NCBI GenBank assembly: GCA_038150265.1
Contig: JAYOTF010000062.1
Span: forward strand, 1 to 11,157
Source: Deltaproteobacteria bacterium
GTDB lineage: Bacteria; SAR324; NAC60-12
Length of the DNA stretch: 11,157 nucleotides
Reading direction: 5' to 3'
Below, in pieces: positions 1 through 7,876 of the stretch (the stretch's first letter is position 1; each line of letters begins with the position of its first letter). The notes beneath the pieces were generated by a model. That model saw nothing but the letters and a program-made list of their open reading frames with translations. It did not search any database and was not told the origin of the DNA. Both the position numbers and the translations under genes were made by a program.

Positions 1-2
1 AT

Positions 3-245
3 GTCCGTGCTCAAGACCTAACCGACGAACAGATCAACCAGATCCGGATGGTCATTGAGTCGGATTACACCGTCGAAGGTGACCTGAGACGAGAAGTCAA
101 CCTGAGCATCAAGCGCTTGATGGATTTGGGGAACTACCGGGGGTTGAGACATCGCCGGGGCATGCCGGTCCGTGGACAGCGGACCAAAACGAATGCACGG
201 ACCCGAAAAGGCCCCCGTCGCATGGCCATCGCGAAAAAGAAGTAA
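3..245 (+). CDS. rpsM: 30S ribosomal protein S13, 5'-truncated by the window edge
   Basis: Frame is open from position 3 ([16 protein letters not shown]...). It contains the S13 signatures [35 protein letters not shown] and lies directly upstream of rpsK. Confidence 0.98.
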   Translation, partial: VRAQDLTDEQINQIRMVIESDYTVEGDLRREVNLSIKRLMDLGNYRGLRHRRGMPVRGQRTKTNARTRKGPRRMAIAKKK

Positions 246-266
246 CCCGGTAACGTGGAACATTAA

Positions 267-653
267 ATGGCAGCAGCGCAAAAGAAGAAAAAAGAAAAGA
301 AGGTTGTTGAACAAGGCAAGATTCACATTCAAGCGACCTTTAACAACACCATCGTCACCGTTACCGATGTTCAGGGGAATGTGATCGCGTGGTCCACCAC
401 CGGCGTCAACGGCTTCAAGGGCTCGCGCAAGAGCACTCCCTTTGCCGCCAAGCTGACGGCTGAGGACGCCATGCGCAAAGCCATCGACATGGGTGTCAAG
501 AGTTTGGAGGTATTCGTGAAAGGCCCTGGTTCCGGACGGGAATCCGCACTGCGCGCCATTGCGAGCTTTGAAGGAGTCCGGATCACGTCCATCAGTGATG
601 TCACTCCGGTGCCTCACAACGGTTGCCGCCCGCCCAAGCAACGGCGTATCTGA
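267..653 (+). CDS. rpsK: 30S ribosomal protein S11
   Basis: Motifs [36 protein letters not shown] and [17 protein letters not shown]. Confidence 0.99.
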   Translation: MAAAQKKKKEKKVVEQGKIHIQATFNNTIVTVTDVQGNVIAWSTTGVNGFKGSRKSTPFAAKLTAEDAMRKAIDMGVKSLEVFVKGPGSGRESALRAIASFEGVRITSISDVTPVPHNGCRPPKQRRI

Positions 654-677
654 TTACCCCAACGACAGAGGGATTCG

Positions 678-1721
678 ATGTCTGAAGAGACGAACGAACA
701 TCAAGAATCACCGGTCATTTCCAAGACCTGGACCGCGAGTGCGAAGCCAAAGCGTGTGCGCTTTGAGCAGGATTCCCTGACGCGAAACTATGGCAAATTC
801 ATTCTGGAACCCCTTGAGCCGGGATTCGGTGTGACCGTGGGTCATGCCCTGCGCCGCACCTTGCTTTCCTCCATCCGGGGAAGCGCGGTCTACGCCGTTC
901 AAATTGAAGGCGCTCCCCACGAGTTCACGAACCTGACCGGCGTGGTGGAAGACGTGGTTCAGGTCATCCTGAACGTCAAGGAACTCGAGATCGAACAGTT
1001 CCAGGATGAGGAAATCGAAATGGAACTCATTGGCGAAGGTCCCTGTGTGCTCCGCGCCAAAGACATCTCGACCTTTGAGAAGGCCCAGATCCTCAATCCG
1101 GACCTCGTGATTGCGACCCTGGAAGAGAATGCGACGTTCAGCATGACCCTGTACGCCCGCTACAACAAGGGCTACGTGGTCTCGGAAGAAAACCAGGATG
1201 ACAACCTGCCCGTGGGCACCATTCTGCTGGACTCGAATCACTCGCCCGTCCGACGCATCAACTACGAAGTGGAAAATGCCCGGGTGGATCAGCGCACCGA
1301 CTACGATCGACTGATCTTCGAGTTGTGGACGAACGGCTCGGTACGCCCGGAAGACTGCCTCGGCTATGCCTCCAAGATCCTCAAGGAGCACATGGAGGTC
1401 CTCATCAATTTCGATGAATACGGAATTGAGGAAGAGGAAGAAGAAACCGAAGAGCCCGTGGTGCTCAATGAGAATCTGTACCGCAGTGTCAGCGAGCTGG
1501 AACTCTCTGTCCGCTCCATCAACTGCTTGCAGAACGCCAAGATCGAAACCATTGGCGACCTTGTGCAAAAAACAGAAGCCGAGATGCTGAAGACCAAAAA
1601 CTTCGGTCGCAAATCGCTCAACGAGATCAAATCCATCCTCATGAACATGGGCCTGACCTTGGGCATGGAGCTGGAAGGGTTTGATCCCGCCAATAATCCC
1701 TACGAGAAAAAAGGCATCTAA
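678..1721 (+). CDS. rpoA: DNA-directed RNA polymerase subunit alpha
   Basis: Motifs [44 protein letters not shown] and alpha-[15 protein letters not shown]...[13 protein letters not shown]. Shine-Dalgarno-like AGAGGG upstream of the ATG. Confidence 0.99.
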   Translation: MSEETNEHQESPVISKTWTASAKPKRVRFEQDSLTRNYGKFILEPLEPGFGVTVGHALRRTLLSSIRGSAVYAVQIEGAPHEFTNLTGVVEDVVQVILNVKELEIEQFQDEEIEMELIGEGPCVLRAKDISTFEKAQILNPDLVIATLEENATFSMTLYARYNKGYVVSEENQDDNLPVGTILLDSNHSPVRRINYEVENARVDQRTDYDRLIFELWTNGSVRPEDCLGYASKILKEHMEVLINFDEYGIEEEEEETEEPVVLNENLYRSVSELELSVRSINCLQNAKIETIGDLVQKTEAEMLKTKNFGRKSLNEIKSILMNMGLTLGMELEGFDPANNPYEKKGI

Positions 1722-1724
1722 GTC

Positions 1725-2285
1725 ATGCGACACCGCAAAGCTGGAAGAAGGCTGGGCGTCAGCACCGCTCATCGCCGCGCAATGATGCGTAACATGGTCA
1801 CGTCAATCCTCGAGCACGGACAGGTCACCTGCACCCTCGCCCGAGCCAAGGAAGTGCGCCAGCCTCTTGAAAAAATGATCACCCTCGGCAAGCGAGGTGA
1901 CCTGCACTCTCGCCGCATGGCGCTGCGCTTTGTGAAGAGCAAGCTGGCCATGAGCCAATTGTTTGGGGAACTGGCTGAGCGTTATCAGGAGCGTGAAGGA
2001 GGGTACTGCCGAATCATTCGGCTCGCTCCGCGACGCTTGGGAGACGCCTCCGAAATGGCGATCGTGCAGCTCGTTGGCTCGGAAAAAGACGTCTTGACGG
2101 AAGTGAATGACGAACTCAAGAAGTCCCGTAGCTCCAAGCCGAAGGCCGCCAAGAAAGAAAGCGTGCTCAAGGATGTCAGCGCTCAGCTGAAAGACCAGCC
2201 TGAAGCCGCTCCGGCAGCAAACGATGCCGATGCGCCTGCCTCTGAGGCGAAAGCAGAAGAAAAAGCGGACGCCAAGTCCGAGTAA
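1725..2285 (+). CDS. rplQ: 50S ribosomal protein L17 with a long Lys/Ala/Glu-rich C-terminal tail
   Basis: MRHRKAGRRLG..HRRAMMRNM and REGGYCRI..RLGDASEMA. Starts 3 bp after the rpoA stop. Confidence 0.98.
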   Translation: MRHRKAGRRLGVSTAHRRAMMRNMVTSILEHGQVTCTLARAKEVRQPLEKMITLGKRGDLHSRRMALRFVKSKLAMSQLFGELAERYQEREGGYCRIIRLAPRRLGDASEMAIVQLVGSEKDVLTEVNDELKKSRSSKPKAAKKESVLKDVSAQLKDQPEAAPAANDADAPASEAKAEEKADAKSE

Positions 2286-2296
2286 ACACACACACA

Positions 2297-2321
2297 AGGC
2301 TCCACGTTCCTGGTGGAGCCT
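2297..2321 (+). terminator. Stem-loop after rplQ (possible weak terminator, pause or processing hairpin)
   Basis: Perfect 9-bp stem AGGCTCCAC/GTGGAGCCT with a 7-nt loop, 11 nt after the rplQ stop. Followed by a C/T tract rather than a clean poly-T. Confidence 0.55.
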
Positions 2322-2343
2322 CCTCCTTCTCTCTCTCCCATCC

Positions 2344-3702
2344 ATGACCCCACTCTCCGGAAAACGGGTTTACCTTGAGACCCTCGGCTGCTCCAAGAAC
2401 CGAGTGGACACCGAAATCATGCTCTCGCATCTGCTGCAGAACGGGCACTCCCTTACGGAAGATCCCTCGAACGCGGAAGTCATTGTGGTCAATACCTGTG
2501 GGTTTCTGACCTCTGCCAGCGAGGAGTCGGTCAACCGGATCCTGGAGCTGAGCGATCAGAAAACCGAAGGGCACTGCGAAAAGCTGGTGGCGACCGGTTG
2601 CCTGACGCAACGCTACCAGGAAGAAATGGCTGCCGAGATTCCGGAACTGGACGGCCTCATGGGCTCCCAGGGCTTTGAGCAGATTCCGGAGCTGATCCAG
2701 GCCATGTACGATCATCCGGACACCCCACAGCTCTTTCTGACGAAGAAGCCTCATTACGCCCGTTATGAGGAACAAGAGGCGGTGCAAACGACCCCTCGCC
2801 ATTTTGCGTACGTCAAGATCGCAGAAGGCTGCTCCAACATGTGCTCGTTCTGCAACATTCCCGCGTTGCGGGGAAACTTCAGCAGCCGCAAGGTGGAGTC
2901 GATCGTCCGAGAGGTCCGGACCCTGGTGAACAAGGGCGTCAAGGAGATCAACCTGATCTCTCAGGATACCTCTTCTTATGGACGAGACTGGGACAAGCAG
3001 ACGCATCTGGCGGAGCTGCTGCGGGGCATTAGCGCCGTGGAGGGCGATTTCTGGATCCGGATGTTCTACTGCTACCCCAACACGCTGACGGAAGAGGTGC
3101 TGGAGGTCATGGCAGCGGACCCGCGGTTTTGCCGTTACCTCGACATGCCGTTTCAGCACATCAGCGACGCCGTGCTCAAGGACATGAACCGCAAGATCAC
3201 CCGCAAGGAAATTGAAGCCAAGATGGCTGAAATCCGGCGCTGGCTTCCGGGAGTGGCCTGGCGGACGACCTTCATTGTCGGGTTTCCGACTGAAACCGAA
3301 GAGCACTTTGACGAGCTGATGGGGTTTGTTGAGGAAGCCCGTTTTCACCACGTTGGGGTGTTTCCCTACTCCCATGAAGACAACATTCGCTCCTCCAAGT
3401 GGGGCGATCCGGTGCCCAACAAGGTCAAGCATGAGCGGCGCAAGCAACTGATGGCGCTCCAGCAGCGGATCAGCCATGAAAACCTGGAGCAGTACGTGGG
3501 GCAGACCATCCGGGTGCTGGTGGATGGCTACAGTGAAGAAACCGACCTGCTGCTGCAGGGACGGGCAGCGTTTCAAGGTCCAGAGGTTGATGGGCTGGTG
3601 TACATCAATGATGGCATCGCTCGACCGGGTACCTTCCATGAAGTCGAAATTACGGAAGCCCACCCTTATGATCTGGTGGGCGCGATTCCCGAGACTGCTT
3701 AA
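2344..3702 (+). CDS. rimO: Ribosomal protein S12 methylthiotransferase RimO (radical SAM)
   Basis: UPF0004 domain (LGCSKNRVD, NTCGF, TGCL..RY), radical SAM motif AYVKIAEGCSNMCSFCNIP.LRG, SQDTSSYG, RYLDMPFQH, RTTFIVGFPTETEE, and C-terminal TRAM domain (PEVDG.VYI...YDLVG). ATG 2344 chosen because the ORF-track start 2224 lies inside rplQ. Confidence 0.93.
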   Translation: MTPLSGKRVYLETLGCSKNRVDTEIMLSHLLQNGHSLTEDPSNAEVIVVNTCGFLTSASEESVNRILELSDQKTEGHCEKLVATGCLTQRYQEEMAAEIPELDGLMGSQGFEQIPELIQAMYDHPDTPQLFLTKKPHYARYEEQEAVQTTPRHFAYVKIAEGCSNMCSFCNIPALRGNFSSRKVESIVREVRTLVNKGVKEINLISQDTSSYGRDWDKQTHLAELLRGISAVEGDFWIRMFYCYPNTLTEEVLEVMAADPRFCRYLDMPFQHISDAVLKDMNRKITRKEIEAKMAEIRRWLPGVAWRTTFIVGFPTETEEHFDELMGFVEEARFHHVGVFPYSHEDNIRSSKWGDPVPNKVKHERRKQLMALQQRISHENLEQYVGQTIRVLVDGYSEETDLLLQGRAAFQGPEVDGLVYINDGIARPGTFHEVEITEAHPYDLVGAIPETA

Positions 3703-3712
3703 GAGAGGTTAG

Positions 3713-4465
3713 ATGGCAGGCCATAGTAAGTGGAAGAACATCCAGCACCGTAAATCTGCACAGGATGCAAAGCGGGGCAAGATCTTCACCAAGCTCATCA
3801 AGGAGATCACGGTGGCGGCCCGCATGGGAGGAGGCGATCCGACGGCAAACCCGCGCCTTCGCGCTGCCATTGCCAATGCCAAGGGCCAGGGCATGCCCAA
3901 GGACAACGTGGAGCGCGCCATCAAGAAGGGCACCGGGGAAAGCGGAGGCGCCGACTTTGAGGAAATCACTTACGAAGGGTATGGCCCCCATAACGTCGCA
4001 ATCATCGTGGAAGCCCTGACGGACAACCGGAACCGCACCATTTCCAGCGTGCGCCATGCCTTCACCAAGTGCGGAGGCAACCTGGGAGCAACCAACTCCG
4101 TGCAGTACATGTTTGACCATGTGGGAAGCCTGACCCTGAAGCGGGATGGCATGGATGAAGACACCCTGACCGAGCTGGCTCTGGAAGCGGGCGCCTCCGA
4201 TGTGGTGACCGATCAGCCGGAAGAGTACCAGGTCCTGACAGCGCGGGAAGACTTTGAGGTGGTCCGGAGTTACTTCGAGGAAAAAGAGGTTGCAGTGGTG
4301 GAAACCGGACTGGTCTGGAATCCACAGAACCGTGTGATGCTGGAGGACCTCAAGAAAGCAGAACAGGTCCTCAAGCTGATTGACATGCTGGAAGACGATG
4401 ACGATGTCCAGAACGTGTATGCCAATTTTGATCTAAGTGAGGCCGTTGCCGAGCAACTTGGCTGA
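3713..4465 (+). CDS. yebC: YebC/PmpR family protein (TACO1-like)
   Basis: MAGHSKWKNIQHRK..QDAKRGKIFTKL, NPRLR, YEGYGP, TDNRNRT, LEDDDDVQNVYAN. SD GAGAGG upstream. Confidence 0.97.
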   Translation: MAGHSKWKNIQHRKSAQDAKRGKIFTKLIKEITVAARMGGGDPTANPRLRAAIANAKGQGMPKDNVERAIKKGTGESGGADFEEITYEGYGPHNVAIIVEALTDNRNRTISSVRHAFTKCGGNLGATNSVQYMFDHVGSLTLKRDGMDEDTLTELALEAGASDVVTDQPEEYQVLTAREDFEVVRSYFEEKEVAVVETGLVWNPQNRVMLEDLKKAEQVLKLIDMLEDDDDVQNVYANFDLSEAVAEQLG

Positions 4466-4952
4466 CTCCCCCCTTCGCATTCTGGGCATTGATCCCGGAA
4501 GCCGCAAAACCGGTTTTGGGCTCATTGAGTGGCACCGAAACCGGAGCCGACGCATCACCAGCGGCTGCATCCGCCTTCCCGAAAAAATGGAACTGCCTCA
4601 GCGCCTGCTCACCATTACGGCGGAGCTGGAGCAGGTGGTCGAGGCCCACCACCCCGATTGCGCGGTCATTGAGCAGATGTTTGTCTCGAACCACGCCCGG
4701 GCAGGAGTGGTGCTGGGACACGTCCGCGGCGCAATGATTCTTTCGTTGGCGCGTCTGAACCTGGAACTCTTTGAGTACCCCCCCTCTCTGGTCAAACAGG
4801 CCGTGGTGGGCGTTGGACGGGCCGACAAGCAGCAGGTGTCTCACATGGTCAAGGTGCTCCTGAACCTGACCCGCCTTCCTCAAGAGGATGAAGGAGACGC
4901 CCTGGCCGTGGCGATCACGCACGCGCACCTGAAGAACTCCTCCCTTAAATGA
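4458..4952 (+). CDS. ruvC: Holliday junction endodeoxyribonuclease RuvC
   Basis: RILGIDPGSRKTGFG, IEQMF, VKQAVVGVGRADKQQV and DEGDALAVAITH retain the catalytic acidic residues. Start uncertain: TTG 4458 overlapping the yebC stop is preferred over GTG 4437. Confidence 0.95.
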   Translation: MADSPLRILGIDPGSRKTGFGLIEWHRNRSRRITSGCIRLPEKMELPQRLLTITAELEQVVEAHHPDCAVIEQMFVSNHARAGVVLGHVRGAMILSLARLNLELFEYPPSLVKQAVVGVGRADKQQVSHMVKVLLNLTRLPQEDEGDALAVAITHAHLKNSSLK

Positions 4953-6255
4953 CCTCTCCTCTGGAAGAGGCGGAGTACTCCTGAAGGACTTCGCTCAGCC
5001 AGTTGATTCCCTCCAGTGAAAACGTCAGCTGATGCTCCTTGCGACTGAGGAAGGGGCTGATGTGGATCGTCTTGTGATAAATCACGCCTTCGACAGAGAG
5101 GGCCAGGTGGCAGAGTCCGTTCTTGCGGCTGCGGCGTTCCGGAGACGAGGGGCCAGCCATTCCTGTTTCGGCGAGCGCCCAGTTGGCTTGGGTGGACTGC
5201 TGGAGCGCTTGCACCAGGTCTTGTGCCATCTTCGGCGTTACGCTGGATTCGCCTCGGGTGGAGCGCCCGAGCAGCCGCTCCTTCTCTTCATGAGAGTAGG
5301 CCACATTGCTTCCCAGAAAATGCAGAGAGACGCCGGTTACCGTTGTCAGAGCGGAGGCGATGCGGCCTCCGGTACTGGTCTCAACGAGCGCCAGAAGGTG
5401 TGACTTTCCCTGGGCGGCTCGCTCATCCAGCAGCAGCTTCACCTCTTCGGCGCGGCGCTCCAGCTGTTCTTCCAGCTGCCGGCAGTGGACTTCCCACTCA
5501 TTGAGGAAGAGGTCGGTGCCCTCTCGGCGGTAAAACTGGCGTTCGGAAATGAGCCGTCCGGCAGAGTCCGGAAGAAAGCGCGAAAGGGTGTGTCCGGCCT
5601 GAACGGCTCGGCGGATGAGGGTGGAGGACAGCCCCAGCAACGGGTGAAGCGCTTCCGGAATGAGCATCAGGTTGAGCTGTTCGGAAGGGATCACCACCCC
5701 GCGCTGCCGCTTCAGGGCTTCCAGCGCCTCTGAAAGGTCGGTATCGCCTCGAGGAACGGCAAGAATCCGAGCATTTTCAACGAGGATCTGCAGGTCCTCA
5801 TCCGAAAAGATGTCCGGATTGGCCATGCGCTCCACAAGGTCTGCGCCGACGAGCAGCAGCACGGGTTCCGGATGAATCTGTTCGGTCCGGATTTCCAGGA
5901 CGTGTTCAGCGAGTCGGAAGGGACGTTGATGGGAAAACTCGATGGTGGAGACGTGGGCCTTTTGGACGGTGAGCCTTGGGGTGTCTCCCTGACGCGAAAG
6001 GAGGCGAGCGGGGTAACTCGTGGCAGGCTGTCCCCAGTCGTGCAGAGCCTGCTCGAGAATCTGCAGGCGGAGCTGCTTCTCGAGGATGCGCTGGCGCTTG
6101 GTGGGGTCTGGATGCTGACCGTTGGAGAGGAGAAACACCACCTGCTCCAGGCTTTCAAACTGGCGAAGGGCGCACTCGGCCAGCAAGAGGTGATGAAAGC
6201 CGACCGGATTTCCGGTTAGAGGCAGGTAGATGGTGCGGGGAGCATCTGAAGCCAT
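4945..6255 (-). CDS. Fusion protein: N-terminal NadD-like (HIGH-class) nucleotidyltransferase plus C-terminal PncC/CinA-C-like NMN deamidase domain
   Basis: N-half: IYLPLTGNPVGFHHL (aligned to GGTFDPxHxGH), LLVGAD, AVPRG, LSSTLIRR...FLP......RQFY. C-half: LVETSTGG.IASALT.V.G.S.HFLG..VAYSHEEKERLLG, SVTPKMAQ, ETGMAGP. ATG 6255 has GAGAG upstream; the ORF-track start is 6279. Confidence 0.8.
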   Translation of the reverse strand: MASDAPRTIYLPLTGNPVGFHHLLLAECALRQFESLEQVVFLLSNGQHPDPTKRQRILEKQLRLQILEQALHDWGQPATSYPARLLSRQGDTPRLTVQKAHVSTIEFSHQRPFRLAEHVLEIRTEQIHPEPVLLLVGADLVERMANPDIFSDEDLQILVENARILAVPRGDTDLSEALEALKRQRGVVIPSEQLNLMLIPEALHPLLGLSSTLIRRAVQAGHTLSRFLPDSAGRLISERQFYRREGTDLFLNEWEVHCRQLEEQLERRAEEVKLLLDERAAQGKSHLLALVETSTGGRIASALTTVTGVSLHFLGSNVAYSHEEKERLLGRSTRGESSVTPKMAQDLVQALQQSTQANWALAETGMAGPSSPERRSRKNGLCHLALSVEGVIYHKTIHISPFLSRKEHQLTFSLEGINWLSEVLQEYSASSRGEVI

Positions 6256-6279
6256 CCGAAACTCTCGGAATGCGGTCAA

Positions 6280-7833
6280 TCAGGCGGCAGCTTCAGCTTC
6301 TTGCTGAGACTGCTGCATCAAAAAGAGGTTGAGCATCTTGAGGGTCGCATTGACTGCGGCCATGACCTGGTCCGGGTCCACACCGACGGTCTGGACGCGT
6401 TTCCCAAGCAGGTCCCAGGTAATCAGGCACTCGGTGAGCGCGTCGGTATGCCCGCCACGAGGAATGCGAACCTCGTAGTCCACCAGCTGCGGACAGTCCG
6501 TATGCCGGCGTCGGAGGATCTTCCGGATGGCGCTCATGAAGGCATCGTAACCGCCGTTGCCACTTCCCGCCTCAAGGTATTCTGTTTGATCAAAGAGGAG
6601 GCGAACCGAAGCCACTGCCTTGAGGCCGCTTCCGCTGTTGATGGTGCAGCCAAGCAGCTGAACGCGCTGGGAATCGTGGGTCTCCAGCACATCGGTGATG
6701 ATAAAGGGCAGGTCGGCAAGGGTGATGGTCTTCTTCGAGTCTCCGAGCGAGACCACGCGTCGCAGCACCTTCTTCAGGTTTTCATCGGTGAGCTGAATGC
6801 CGAGTTGCTCCAGATTCTTGGCCAGCGAGGCCTTCCCGCTCATCTTGCCGAGGGCATAGCTGCGCTTGCGTCCGAAGCGTTCCGGAGTGATCGGGTTGTG
6901 ATACAGGTCTCCCTTGCGGTCGCCGTCTGCGTGGATGCCGCTGGTCTGCGTGAAGACGTCTTCTCCCACGATGGGGGCATTGTCGGCAATCCGCTTTCCC
7001 GAGAAGCGCTCCACCATCTCACTCAGGGGCGCCAGGTGGGATTCGTCGATGGAAAGCTCCATCTTCAGCTTGTCCCGGAGGACGACGCTGACTTCGGCAA
7101 GTGAGGCGTTTCCGGCCCGTTCGCCCAGGCAGTTCATGGTGCAGTGGATGTTCCGGATGCCTGCCTTGACCGCAAACAGGGCGTTAGCGACCCCAAGGCC
7201 ATAATCGTTGTGGGGATGAAAGTCAAAGGTGGCCCACGGAAAACGGGAGATCATTTCAGAGAGGCTGTCAAAGACCTCCGTCGGTGACATGACGCCGAGG
7301 GTATCCGGAAGCATGAAGTGCCCGATGGACTCGTTCCGGAGGGCCTCAACGAGCTCAAAGACGTACTCCGGACTGTCTCGGTAGCCGTTGGACCAGTCTT
7401 CCAGGTAGACGTTGGTGGCCACCCCGTTTTCCTTGGCATAGGCCAGGGTTTCCCGGATCTCGGCAACGTGTTCCTCAAGTGTCTTGCCCAACTGGTTGTG
7501 GCAGTGGTTGGCGCTTCCCTTGGTGAGGAGGTTGAGCACCTGCCCTCCGGCTTCCTTGATCCAGTCCACGCTCTTGTTGTAATCGACAAATCCCAGAACT
7601 TCGATTTTGCCAACGAGGTTGTGGTCCTGCGCCCATTCGGTGGTGCGGCGGACGGCGTCCAGCTCACCTTCCGAGACACGAGCAGAAGCGATTTCCAGGC
7701 GGTCGATCCGGAGCTTCTGCAGCAGGGCCTTGGCGAGGTTCATCTTCTCTGCAGGAGAGAAGGAGACGCCACGGGTCTGTTCTCCGTCCCGCAAGGTGGT
7801 ATCAAGAATGGTAACGAAATGATCTGCAGGCAT
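6280..7833 (-). CDS. cimA: (R)-citramalate synthase, Leptospira/Bacteroidetes type (DRE-TIM metallolyase with LeuA-type regulatory domain)
   Basis: DTTLRDGEQTRGVSF, EIASARVS.GE, LNLLTKGS, NVYLEDWSNG, LPDTLG, FHPHNDYG, LGERAGN, HADGD.KG.LY.NPI.PERFGRKRSYALGK and DYEVRIP.GG.TDAL closely match my recollection of Leptospira CimA rather than LeuA. Start at ATG 7833 or TTG 7845. Confidence 0.85.
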   Translation of the reverse strand: MPADHFVTILDTTLRDGEQTRGVSFSPAEKMNLAKALLQKLRIDRLEIASARVSEGELDAVRRTTEWAQDHNLVGKIEVLGFVDYNKSVDWIKEAGGQVLNLLTKGSANHCHNQLGKTLEEHVAEIRETLAYAKENGVATNVYLEDWSNGYRDSPEYVFELVEALRNESIGHFMLPDTLGVMSPTEVFDSLSEMISRFPWATFDFHPHNDYGLGVANALFAVKAGIRNIHCTMNCLGERAGNASLAEVSVVLRDKLKMELSIDESHLAPLSEMVERFSGKRIADNAPIVGEDVFTQTSGIHADGDRKGDLYHNPITPERFGRKRSYALGKMSGKASLAKNLEQLGIQLTDENLKKVLRRVVSLGDSKKTITLADLPFIITDVLETHDSQRVQLLGCTINSGSGLKAVASVRLLFDQTEYLEAGSGNGGYDAFMSAIRKILRRRHTDCPQLVDYEVRIPRGGHTDALTECLITWDLLGKRVQTVGVDPDQVMAAVNATLKMLNLFLMQQSQQEAEAAA

Positions 7834-7876
7834 GAGTGGTGTCAATGGCAGCCGGGCGCGTGTGACGGCGCAAGGG

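Noticed and set aside
2224..2343. 40-aa N-terminal extension of RimO in the ORF track
   Set aside because: It overlaps rplQ and the hairpin. RimO homology begins just after ATG 2344.
708..3663. Long antisense ORFs 708..1772 (354 aa), 1803..2345 and 2176..3663 (495 aa); likewise 18..641
   Set aside because: They shadow well-supported genes on the opposite strand, show no recognisable motifs, and are expected from codon bias in GC-rich DNA.
4458..4952. RuvC as a Cas, TnpB or transposase nuclease
   Set aside because: Size, motifs and the yebC neighbourhood match the housekeeping Holliday junction resolvase. No array or terminal repeats are present.
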